Below are positions 42,401 to 54,400 of a stretch of 64,000 nt of DNA, piece by piece. The notes beneath the pieces are model-generated. The model was given only the letters and a program-made list of their open reading frames with translations, was not told the origin of the DNA and did no database searches. A program made the translations under genes and the position numbers. Every line of letters starts with the position of its first letter. The stretch's first letter is position 1. The stretch is from Glaucostegus cemiculus (Eukaryota), in the NCBI GenBank assembly GCA_976551045.1, contig CDPCPM010000604.1, forward strand, positions 1,364,001-1,428,000, given 5' to 3'.

Positions 42401-45400
42401 CTGACCCACAGTGCACTGACCCCTGGCATGCTGACCCACAATGCGCTGAGCCCCGGTGCGCTGACCCCTGGTGCACTGACCCCCGGCATGCTGACCACCA
42501 GCAAGCTGACCCCCACTCTGATGACCCCCCCAGCCTGCTGACTCCCAGCACACTGACCCCTGGTACACTGACCCCCGGCACACTTAAATCTCCTCCCTCT
42601 CACCTTAAACCCATGCCCTCTTGTTTTTGATTCCCCTACCCTGGGGGAAAGATTCTGACCTCTACCCTGTCGTGCCTCTTGTGAAACCCCATCTGCCACA
42701 AGTCAGAATGGGCTTTCGAGAAACCGTTACCAGCTAACTGGATCGAATCAATTGAAAATGATCAATTAAATATAATCACAGACACATTGACATCAACAGG
42801 ACCAGGGCCAAATCCACTGTGGTCCATCTCAACAGATCCTGGCTTCGTAGGAGCTGTGTGGTGTGAGTGGCTGCACTGGTCCAGAGGACCAGATCCAGAG
42901 ATTTTAATTCACTTTAATTGCCCACCTCACTGCCACTCTGACCTGTCTGCAGCTTCCTGCGCTGTTCCAGGGCGACCCAACAAAAGCCTGAGGAACAACA
43001 CCTCACCCTCTGTCTGGGCACGCAGCAGCCAGCAGAACTCGATGTCGAGCGACAAGCTATCTGCTGGAGGAACTCAGGGGGTCAAGCAGCGTCTGTGGGG
43101 GGAGCATCTGTTGATGTTTCGGATCGAAACCCTGCATCAGGACTCAGTGTTGATTTCTCCAGATAACTTGCTCTTTCTCTCTGCTGAACTGGACATTTTG
43201 GCATCAGTTTGGCTCAGCTTTTCCTTTTTAAATCATTTTTTTTAATCCTTACTTTGTTGTGTGCCTGGGCCCAGTGGGTTCCCAACTAGCCAGGACATAC
43301 ATTGAACAGGGAATACAACCTCAGCAACATGTTACACAAATTAAAGAGCCTAACTGCCCTCTTACTGCCCCATTTCAGCCCCCTCAGGAGAAATTCCCAT
43401 TGTTCTGCCCATCCCTCTCCCCCACTTTACCTCAAATAACTTGTTATCTCTCCCACTTCTGGTGGAGAGTCCTGGACCTGAAACATTGGCAGTTTCTCTC
43501 TCCACAGACGCTGCCTGACCTGCTGAGTGTTTTCAGCTCGCTCTGTTTTCTGGAAGGATCAGTCACGGTGCCCTGAAGCTCCTGATCCAGTTCCCCACCC
43601 ACCAGGTTACACAACTGTACTGGATAAAGAGGTTATAAGAACCTCCTAATTGTGGTGCTGACTAACTGGAAACACACCACAGGTTCACCATGAACGTAAG
43701 GCAGTGGATACTCTGTCAGCCAACCAGGACAACAGTGTCCGTCACCCAGAGCTAACTCTGGCCTCCCTCCCCTGAGCTGCCCACAACCTGGACGTGTCAG
43801 TCAGAATGGAATCCTTCTCCGTTAACTGGGAATAGACGTTCCAGAGGTTTGATCACCCCTGCAGGGGCTCAACACTCCAGCTGTAAGGAGACTATATTTC
43901 CCTCAACTTGCACTAATTGCATTGTGGTTATTTTGTCATGTAAATTATGTGTAATTTATGTTAATTTAATTTTATGTAATTTAGTTTGTCATGCACTGTG
44001 CTGCTGTTACAAAGAGCTAATTCTTATGGCATTTATACCTTGAGTATGTATGCTCATGACAATAAACTTAAACTTGACACGTGAGAGAGAGAGAGAGAGT
44101 GAGAATGAGAGAGATTGAGGGAGAGATTGAGGGAGAGATTGAGGGAGAGATTGAGGGAGAGATTGAGGGAGAGATTGAGAGAGAGATTGAGAGAGAGATT
44201 GAGAGAGAGATTGAGAGAGAGATTGAGGGAGAGATTGAGGGAGAGATTGAGGGAGAGATTGAGGGAGAGATTGAGGGAGAGATTGAGGGAGAGATTGAGG
44301 GAGAGATTGAGGGAGAGATTGAGAGAGAGATTGAGAGAGAGATTGAGAGAGAGATTGAGAGAGAGATTGAGAGAGAGAGGGGGATTGAGAGGGGGATTGA
44401 GAGGGGGATTGAGAGGGGGATTGAGAGGNNNNNNNNNNNNNNNNNNNNNNNNNNNNNNNNNNNNNNNNNNNNNNNNNNNNNNNNNNNNNNNNNNNNNNNN
44501 NNNNNNNNNNNNNNNNNNNNNNNNNNNNNNNNNNNNNNNNNNNNNNNNNNNNNNNNNNNNNNNNNNNNNNNNNNNNNNNNNNNNNNNNNNNNNNNNNNNN
44601 NNNNNNNNNNNNNNNNNNNNNNNNNNNNNNNNNGTGGAAGGAAGCGGGAAGGAATAAACACAAGCATTGAACAGAGGGTTTGAATGGCCTCTGTGTAACT
44701 CCATGCACTGAAAACCAGAATTGCAGAGTGGTGCAAGAGGCATCAGCTCCACGTGGCTCCCCATCTCCTCCTCACACTGAGATCCACGTCCAGTGAAGCG
44801 CGCACTTACCGGGGGTCCGATCTCCCCGAAGGGTCCAGTCTCTCCAGGTTCCTCTGACTGAGGGAGGAAAACACCACAATGAGCTTCACGGTAATAACCC
44901 AGTGATCAGAATAACAGCCAGTCCATCAAAACTGGCTCAAACCCATTTCAACGCAGGCTACACCACTCTGACCATGGTCTTCCCGCTAGGCCCGAGCTCG
45001 TGAGCCATGTCAGGATGGTTGACTGTGACGGGCTTCACAACCAGGTAGGTGAAACCTCCTGTGGACGTGGTGGAGTCATGAGGAGAGAAGGACATCTAAA
45101 CCACCCCTGACCCAATGCAAGTGTTCTGAGGTTGGTCCCCATCAGATACTGAGCCTGTTGAACACCCTGGCCCGGGGACTGAGTGTTGTTCTGACCCAGC
45201 GGTTTGAGACTGCTCACACACAGTAGGCAGCACATTCACCTCCCATCAGAAACTTGTGGGTTCACGACCCACTCCAGGGACATGAACATCAAGTCTGGGC
45301 TGACCTTCCCCTATAGTGCCGACTGCACCATGGGAGGGGCAGTGAGGGAGGGTCACACTGTGGGGGGAGGCAGCTCTGAGGAAGTGTCACTGTGTGGGGG

Positions 45401-48400
45401 GGGGGTCGGTACTGAGGGAGAGTCACTGTGTGGGGGGGTCAGTACTGAGGGAGGGTCACACAATGGGAGGGGCAGTACTGAGGGAGTGTCACTGTGTGGG
45501 GGGGGTCGGTACTGAGGGAGGGTCACACGATGGGAGGGGCAGTGCTGAGGGAGTGTCACTGTGTGGGGGGGTCGGTACTGAGGGAGGGTCACACAATGGG
45601 AGGGGCAGTACTGAGGGAGAGTCACTGTGTGTGGGGGGTGTCGGTACTGAGGGAGGGTCACACGATGGGAGGGGCAGTACTGAGGGAGTGTCACTGTGTG
45701 TGGGGGGTGTCGGTACTGAGGGAGGGTCACACGATGGGAGGGGCAGTACTGAGGGAGTGTCACTGTATGGGGGGTGTCAGTACTGAGGGAGGGTCACATG
45801 ATGGGAGGGGCAGTACTGAGGGAGTGTCACTGTGTGGGGGGGTGGGTTGGTGCCGGTCAGCCTGTCTGCCTGTCTTCCGCGCTTACGTGCACGCGCGGGT
45901 GTCCCTGGAGAGGGAGCACGCGGTTTCCGCGGGCACCCTGGTCGAGTTCCGCGTGCGGTGGGCCCCAGGGGGTGTCGCGTGTGTCATGGATGGTGGAAAT
46001 GCGATTCTTATTTGATGTGTCGCGTGTTATGGGTTTAGTGTTGCGTGAGTTTTCTTTGTCGTAGTGTGCTTATTTTCCTGTAGTTGTGTTGTTGTCTAGT
46101 TTTCTTTTTGTATTAGATGTAGTACGTTGACACTGGTTGTCATTTCTGCAGTGCTTTTGTATGCTTTTAGTGAATAAATGTTGTATATTAAAAAAAGGGT
46201 GGGGGTCGGTACTGAGGGAGGGTCACACGATGGGAGGGGCAGTACTGAGGGAGGGTCACTGTGTGGGGGGGGCGGTACTGAGGGAGGGTCACACGATGGG
46301 AGGGGCAGTACTGAGGGAGGGTCACTGTGTGGGGGGGGCGGTACTGAGGGAGGGTCACACGATGGGAGGGTCAGTACTGAGGGAGGGTCACTGTGTGGGG
46401 GGTCGGTACTGAGGGAGGGTCACACGATGGGAGGGGCAGTACTGAGGGAGGGTCACTGTGTGGGGGGGTCACACGATGGGAGGGGCAGTACTGAGGGAGG
46501 GTCACTGTGTGGGGGGGTCGGTACTGAGGGAGGGTCACACGATGGGAGGGGTAGATTTGGGATGGGATGGGTGGTGATGTTACTGGGATACTCAGAGGGA
46601 CAGGCTGCCTTCTGATTGATATCGAAGAGCCTGTTCACCCCCTCTGTGGTGTAAGAGCCCACGGCACTTCATTCAGGGAAAACGAGGGAGGTATTGTGTC
46701 GCCAGCCAGTGTTTGTCTCGCAAACAACTGGACTCTGAGTTGTCTGCTCATCGCTGTGACACCAAGACCGGCGCAGACCCTCGGGGTAACCAGTGGTTCC
46801 ACCATGTTCAGGGGGTTACTCACCACTAGTAAGTCCGCTCCGGGGAGTCCGGGTGGTCCTGGGTCTCCCTGCCAAGAAACAACGTTACCAGCTCACAGTC
46901 AACGTCGTTAGGCTGCTGTCCCCTCCAGCCCCACCCTACACAGAGTTCACCCTCTCACTCCAGAGTAGGGTTCGAATCCCGCTCCCGTCCCCGAGCCGTA
47001 CTCCAGGCTGAGGGTCCTGGCGGGGTACAGAGGGGGTCACCACTCTGTTTGACTGGCTGAGAATTAAACTGAGGCCCCGTCGGCCTCTCAGATCATTCAG
47101 CTGGATCACTGGAACGAGGGCAGTGTTCCCCCACACTCCCTCAGCACGCGCTAGCCCTGAATACCTCTGAAAGCAGGTGAACTGGTAGTTTTCCCAATCC
47201 CTCCCTTGTGGGATCTTACTGTGCACCCTTTTGCCCCATGCTTCTGCGGGGGCTGCACCTCAAAAGTCCTCAGTTGCTGAGGGGATTCTGTCCAGTGCCC
47301 AGGCACTGTATTGGAGCCATTGACAAGACCATGAGGGTTGGGCTGAGGCTGAGTGTGGGGCACTGCCCACTACCTCACACACAGCGGTGTGTGAGCTGCA
47401 GTCACACCTCGTCGGTCAAGCGTCAGGGTGACACTAGGTCCCTGAAGGGTGTCCCTCTGTGAGTCAGCAAGCAACAGCCCACCCAGAGTGCCGTGTGCGG
47501 TGTGAGGTCCAGATATTGCAGTGGGGGCATTAAACCAGTGCATTTCTGCAACCAGGTGGTTAGTTCACAAGTTCACAAGACAAGGGAGCAGAAGTAGGCC
47601 ATTCAGCCCTTCGAGTCTGCTCCATGAGAAGAGAAAAGATAACATGTCTATCCCCAATTTCCAGCCTGATCCCCATATCCCTTGATACCTTGATTAATTA
47701 GGTACCTAACCAACTCCCCTTTAAATGCCCCCACTGACTGAGCCTCTACAGGAGGCTCTACAGGAGTTAGCAGTTAACTTAGAGAACATAGAACATTACA
47801 GCACAGTACAGGCCCTTCAGCCCACGATGTTGTGCCGACATTTTATCCCGCTCTAAGATCTATCTAACCCTTCCCTCCCACATAGCCCCCCATTTCTCCA
47901 TCATTCATGTGCCTAAGAGTCTCTTAAATATCCCTAATGTATCTGCCCCCACAACCCCTGCCAGCAGTGTGTCCACACACCCACTACTCTCTGTGTAAAA
48001 AAACTTACCCCCGACATCCCCCTTATACCTTCCTCCAATCACCTTATAATTACGTCCCCTCACGTTAGCCATCGTTGCCCTGGGCCAATGTCTCTGAAGT
48101 AAGGAGCACACACCTCCGCTGGGGCTCCCAGCACTGCCACCATTACTCAGAAGAGGATGTGTGGGGTCTGCCGCCCCCTTGAACCTGCGGTGCTTTGGGT
48201 GAAGGTGCTCCCTCAGTGCTGTTGGGGAGCGGGGTTGCAACTTAGACCCAATGACGATGAGGGAACGGCGATCTCTTTCCACGGCGCATCATTCACTTGG
48301 AGGGGAAGCTCCTGTTGGAGATGGTTCCATGTGTCCACTGTCCCAGTGTTTCTGGCTGAAGGCGGCCGTGGGTCTGGGACGGAGCTGATGGAACAGCGGC

Positions 48401-51400
48401 CATGCCGGTGGGTGAGGCTGTGCTGCAGATTCTCCCATCCGGGCAGGCGGAAGGTGTTCCAGCACACCCCTGACTGTAGCCTTGGGGGTGTCAGGAGGGG
48501 AGTCACTCACCACAGGATCCCCAGCCCCTCAGCTCCTCCTGCAGTCACGGTGTTTATGCAGCTGGTCAGTGGTAGCCCCAGGTGGGCTTCTACCACTGTG
48601 GGGACCTGGATGGTGGGGACCCGGTGATGGTAATGCATTAAACACCAAGGGCAGGTGCTTGGACTCTCTTGTGATGGAGCTCGTCATACCTTGTCATTGT
48701 ATGTAGATGGTGGGACCGTTACTCACTGTCAGTCAGCAGATTGACAGCTGCCATCTGAAACTTCATGAACAAAATTTTACTTTTGGTAACAATGACCCTG
48801 CCCCCATGGTCCCGGCAGTTAATCACCCCTCTCCTGTACCCCCGCTCCCGCTTCCCACCGTGTTGGAGTTGAAAGCTGGAGGAGGAAGATGCCAGGGGCA
48901 CTTAAGGACAGCTTCTACCCCACTGTGATAAGACTATCGAACGGTTCCCTTATACAATGAGATGGACTCTGAACTCAGGATCTACCTTGTTGTGACCTTG
49001 CTGTCATGATTCTGAGTACTGGCCCTTGATATGGTTCCTTAGATGCCTCATTGTACAGCACATGGATTCCATGCTGGACTGATTGCACAATGACACACAC
49101 CTGAGCCCCATCAGGGGCCTAGCATTAGTACCTGGGTTTCTCTAGCACTAGTTGCCAGAGGATTGGTTAACCTTGAAGATTCAGTTTGGTTCCTAGCTGC
49201 TTAGAGTGGTCTACTCCAGAGCAGTCCTGTGTTCTCTAGTCCTGCTTGAAGATTCCGTTTGTGTTGGGATTACTACTCAGATCTCCGAGGCAAGATTTCC
49301 TTTCAGTGTTGCCTGTGTTTGTTCCTGAGGAAGTATCCTGACTCCAGTCTTGTACCAGTGTGCTGCATTTGGGTTCTCTGTGAGCTTGCTCTTCAATCAA
49401 CATTGTGACACTTGCACCTTATTGCACTGCACTTCCTCTGTAGCTGTGACACTTTACTCTGTACTGTTACTGTTTTTACCTGCATTACATCAATGCACTC
49501 TGTACTGACTCAATGTAACTGCACTGTGTCATGAATTGACCTGTACCATTGGTTAGTAAGACATTTTTCACTGGACCTCGGTAGAAGTGACAATAATAAA
49601 CCAATCCCAATACCAAAGAAGAGTTCTGATCTGGGGTCCTGCTGTAAACACTGGATTTAAACCAGCCAGCCCCACCACATCTCAGCATCAGTGGGTCTGG
49701 ACACAACAACGGCCTGGAGATCCTGCAGAAGGTTGACCTCACGCCTCGCCGATGGCCCCCAAACGTTCTCACACAGTGCCCGCTGCACGGTCTGTGTTCA
49801 CGTTTAGTCACGTTGTCCGCTGGGGGAGGAGGGCACCGTGTTCCTACAGTCGAGACATCTGCAACCTCTTCCCTCCCCTAAACCCCACCCTGGGGGGATA
49901 CGATGCCCGGACAGCCAGTTGTTTAAAGGTCAGAGCGTACCGTTAGAATCGGACTTACCCTTTCACCCCGGAACCCGTCAGCACCCGGTGGCCCGTCAGG
50001 TCCGGGTAAACCCTGCGGAGAGAAAAACGAGTCAGAAGTTGGGCTCAGTTCACCCTCCCGCCCACTTCCCCCACAGCCTGTGGAGCTGCTGCCCCACAGC
50101 TCCAGGGACCCCGGTTCGATACCGACCTCCACCGCTGCCTGTGTGGAGTTTGCACGTTCTCCCTGTGACTGTGTCGGTTTCCCCTGGGTGCTCCGGTTTC
50201 CTCCCACATCCCAATGACGTACGGGTTGGCCATTTAATTGGCCGCTGTAAACTGCCCCTAGTATAAGGTGGCACAACATGGTGGGCTGAAGGGCCTGTAT
50301 TGTGCTGTATTATGGTTCCATAAGTGGGTGGGGGGGTGTGTGGAATCAGGGTGGAGTTGATGGGAGTGAGAGAAAGAGAATAGGTTACAGGGATATAAGC
50401 GGGGGAATGGGACTGATGGGATGGCTCTGAGAGCTGGAATAGGCACGATGGGCCAAATGGCTCTTTTTCTACTGGAATAGAATACCTGAAATACACAAGA
50501 TAATTTTAAGTTACGCCCCTTGGCTGGGACTCCCCCAATACTACATGTGATAAAGTCCGGGGTTTGCATAGATTTAAGAGAGTGAGAGAGTTTTCTTGCC
50601 GAAGACGGAGGGGAGATTTAATGGATACGATAGCGTCTTTCAAGAGGCTGTTAGATAGGTACATGGAGCTAAGCAAGATAGAGGGCTATAGGTAAGCCTA
50701 GTAGTTTCTAGTGTAGGAACAAGTTCGGCACAGTTTTGTGGGCCAAAGGGCCTGAATTGTGCTGTAGGTATCTATGTTCTATGATATCGAAAGATGAGGG
50801 GTGTGGACAGAGTGAACAGTGGGAGGCTGCCCCTGTTGGCAGAGGGGTGAAGGACTAGAGGATCCAGGGATAGACTAAAGGGAATGAGACCTCAGAGTGA
50901 CATGAGGGAAAGTTTTTGATGCAGCACGTACTTGGAATCTGGAACATACTGTCCGCAGCTTCCACTGTGGCCTTAGAGTCAGAGTCATAGAGTACCCACC
51001 GAACATTGAAAGGCCTGGATAGAGTGGACGTGGAGAGGATGTTTCCAGCAGTGGGAGAGTCTCAGACCAGAGGGCACAGCCTCAGAATAGAAGGACGTCC
51101 CTTTAGAACTGAGGTGAGGAGGAATTTCTTCAGCCAGAGGGCGGTGAATCTGTGGAATCCATTGCCACAGATGGCTGTGGAGGCCACGTCACTGGGTGTA
51201 TTTAAAGCGGAGGGTGATAGGTTCTTGATTAGTGAGGGTGTCAAAGGTTACAGGGAGAAGGCAGGAGAATGGGGTTGAGAGGGAAAAATAAATCAGCCAT
51301 GATCGAATGGTGGAGCAGATTCGATGGGCCAAATGGCCTAATTCTGCTCCTATGCCTTATGGTCTTATAGTCACACAGCATGGAAACAAGCCCTTCAGCC

Positions 51401-54400
51401 CAATTGGTCCATGCCGACCAAGATACCCGTCCAAGCCAGTCCCATTTGACCTCATTTCTCCCTCTAAACTGTGTACCTGTCCAAGTGTCTTTTAAGTGTT
51501 GTAATTGTACCCACCTCTACCACTTCCTCTGGCAGCTCGTTCCACTCACCCATTTACCCCTCTCACCTTTAAATCTGTGCCCTCTAGTTCTTGATTCCCC
51601 AACCCTGGGGAAAAGACAGACTGTGTTCACCCTAACTATGGGTCTCATGATGTTATACACCTCTAGACGATATTAGACGAACTTCTAGGGAATTGGACAG
51701 ACACATGGTTGAGAAAAATTTGCAAAGCTACAGAGAAAGGGTCAAACAGGTTAGTTGCTCTTGCAGAGAACTGGAATGGTTATGATGGGCCAAATGGCCT
51801 CCTTCTGGGATGATAGCAAATTGGGGAATGCAGATGTGGACGGAGTCAGCCAATGCCTTCACCAGGGCATTGGATGCTGGACAGATTAGTCTAGTGGTGG
51901 CTGGCACAGACGATGGGTCGAATGGCCTCCCTCTGTCCCATAACAATTTTCTGAGGAAAGCTCCTCATCATTAGTTAAGGAATAGCTGGGGACTTTTTTT
52001 TTTACCCTCAACCAACTTCACCTAAAGGACAAATTATCAGGTCACGACCTCACTAGACTTTGTGGGTTCCTGCTGTGCAGTAATTACACGCTACAGTAAT
52101 TGCACGCTTCATTGGCTGAGAGGCACTCTGGGACGTCCCAAGCTCAGGCATGGCATGGTGCAAAGGGCAGTCTGTCCCTCTGCTCTTCATTCCAACCGCT
52201 GGGCCATCCGTTGGGATGGTCTGGTTTCATTTTGTCACGTGGTCCCCAACACCCTTTCCTCCCACAACTATACAGTTCTGATATTTGCAGCACTCCTTGT
52301 ACTTGCCCTGCCAGTGGTGTGGATCAGTCCCCCCACCAGTCTGGGTAGGAAACGTCTGGTCTCATTTGGTTAATGGCCATCACAGTTGGAAACATTGGTC
52401 ATTAAATAACTCACAGCCACTGAGCAACACTTCCATGGGCACTGAGTACTGAAGTCCCTAATTACATTCTCAAATCCAATGACCTGTTAGCTGGGAGCCC
52501 TTTCCCATTACGCTACTAATGAAGCCCATTTCAGCAATTATTTTCATCTTCAGCAATTTTCCGTAACTTTGTATATTTCTTGACAGAAGCCAATATGGAG
52601 GTCCTGTTTCCAGTAATGCCACATTTTGCAATCACTGATTAAATGATTTAATTCCCAGTGCCATTAACTACCTGGAGAACATATTTCAAAGTTCCAGAAT
52701 CTGTTGTTTTGTTTTGCTTTTTGTAATAACCTGCCAGAATGGCGACCTGAATCCAGGGATAAAGGCCTGTGTTCACAACCCCAAGATGTTTCAAAGCCCT
52801 TTACTGTCAGGGAGGTACCTTCGTAACACGGGAAAATAAGCAGCCAAGTTACACACAGCAAGCTCCCACAAACAGCAACGTCACAGAATAATCTGCTCCT
52901 CTTATGTGTTCTTGAAGGATAAATTTCAGCCAGATACTGGAGAGAACTCGCTGGTTTTTAGAAGGACTTGGATTAAAGTCATGTCTTACAAAATCTCAAG
53001 ATGTCCCAAAGTGGAATGAAGTATGTTTTAAGTGTAGTTAGCATTGTAGTGTTGGAAAAGGAGCAGACAGCTGGGAACAGAAAGCTCCCGTACACAGCAA
53101 TGTGATAACCTTACTTTCAGCGATGCTAATTAAAGGACAAACATTGGGCAGGATTTTATGTTCCAGGTAATCTCTAAATTACATCCACCTTGGAGAAACT
53201 GGGATTTAACATTTCACCCAATGGATTCTAGATCTTCTAGATGAACTATTGATCCCCCAATCTACCTCATCGTGGCCCTTGCACTTTAGTTGTCTGCCTG
53301 CACTGCACTTTCTCTGTAACTGCAATACTATGTTCTGCACTCTGTTTTTTTCTTTTTACTGCCTCGATGGACTTAGGAATGGACTGATCTGTCAGGACGA
53401 CACGCAAACAAAAGCTTTTCACTGTGTCTCAGTACACGTGACAATAACAAACCAATACCAATTCCAATTACAACTGACCCCTAAGGACACTGATTGATTC
53501 AACTACATTCTGAAGGAAATGCCAAGGCTAAGCCTGATGATATGCAATGGAAACATCTACTGGTTCGTTAAGTTTCTCAGTCGATGGAGAGCCCCGGTTT
53601 TGTCCTGGGAAATTAAACTAAATTAAACCAGTCACTGGCATTGGGAACCTGGTCTGTGCTCAGCCGATAGAGCAGCCGCTTCTGCGGGGTGTTGGAGAAG
53701 GGGAGGGGAGCTCAGCAGGGAGTCTGGAGAGGCTGTGGCTGTTCTCCTTAAATCAGAAAAGGTCAGGAGGACATTTAATGGAGTGGTTCTGGGTGGAATC
53801 ACTGGGAGGTGCTGCTGAATGGGGGTGGGCCAGACTCAGGAGGAACTTTCAAACCCACTGGGTTAAACCTGTAAGGGGAAAAATGCAGAGGGCAGTTAGC
53901 TGGTGAGCTCTCGCAAAGGGCCAGCACAGGGACGAAGGGCAGAAGAGCCTTGCCCTGTGCTGCACCATGCTGGAGTTCAGTACAAGATAGAATCATAGAG
54001 TAACACAGCATGGAAAGAGGCCTTTCAGCCCAACCTATCATGCTGGCCAAGATACCTATCTAAACCAGTCCCCTTTGCCTGCGTTTGGCCCATTTCCTCC
54101 TAAGCCGTGAACAGCAAACGACCAGCTGAAGGAACTCCGCAGGTCCAGCAGCAAGTCCTGGTGCAGGGTCTCAACCTGAAATGTTGACAATTCCTTGCAC
54201 ACCTCGCCCCCACCCAGATGCTGCTCCACCCACTGAGTTCCTCCAGCACATTGTTTGGTCACCCTAAAACATGAACCTGTTCACGTATGCAGCTGCTGCT
54301 TGTGAGATCTTGCTGTGCATGAATTGGCTGCCCCATTTCCCTAAGCGACCACAGTGTCCACATTTCACACCTGTGGCTGTAACACACTTCAGGACATCCT

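Noticed and set aside
41742-42699. ORFs of 242-279 aa with GSAH/VSAL repeats
   Set aside because: The 15-bp minisatellite is open in all three minus-strand frames.
44007-44764. ORFs with RERL/EIEG/SQSL repeats
   Set aside because: They come from the 12-bp repeat plus the N gap.
20846-49410. A single 28-kb LTR element bounded by the two LTRs
   Set aside because: Each LTR has its own TSD, the interior is host exons, and no gag/pol, PBS or PPT was seen.
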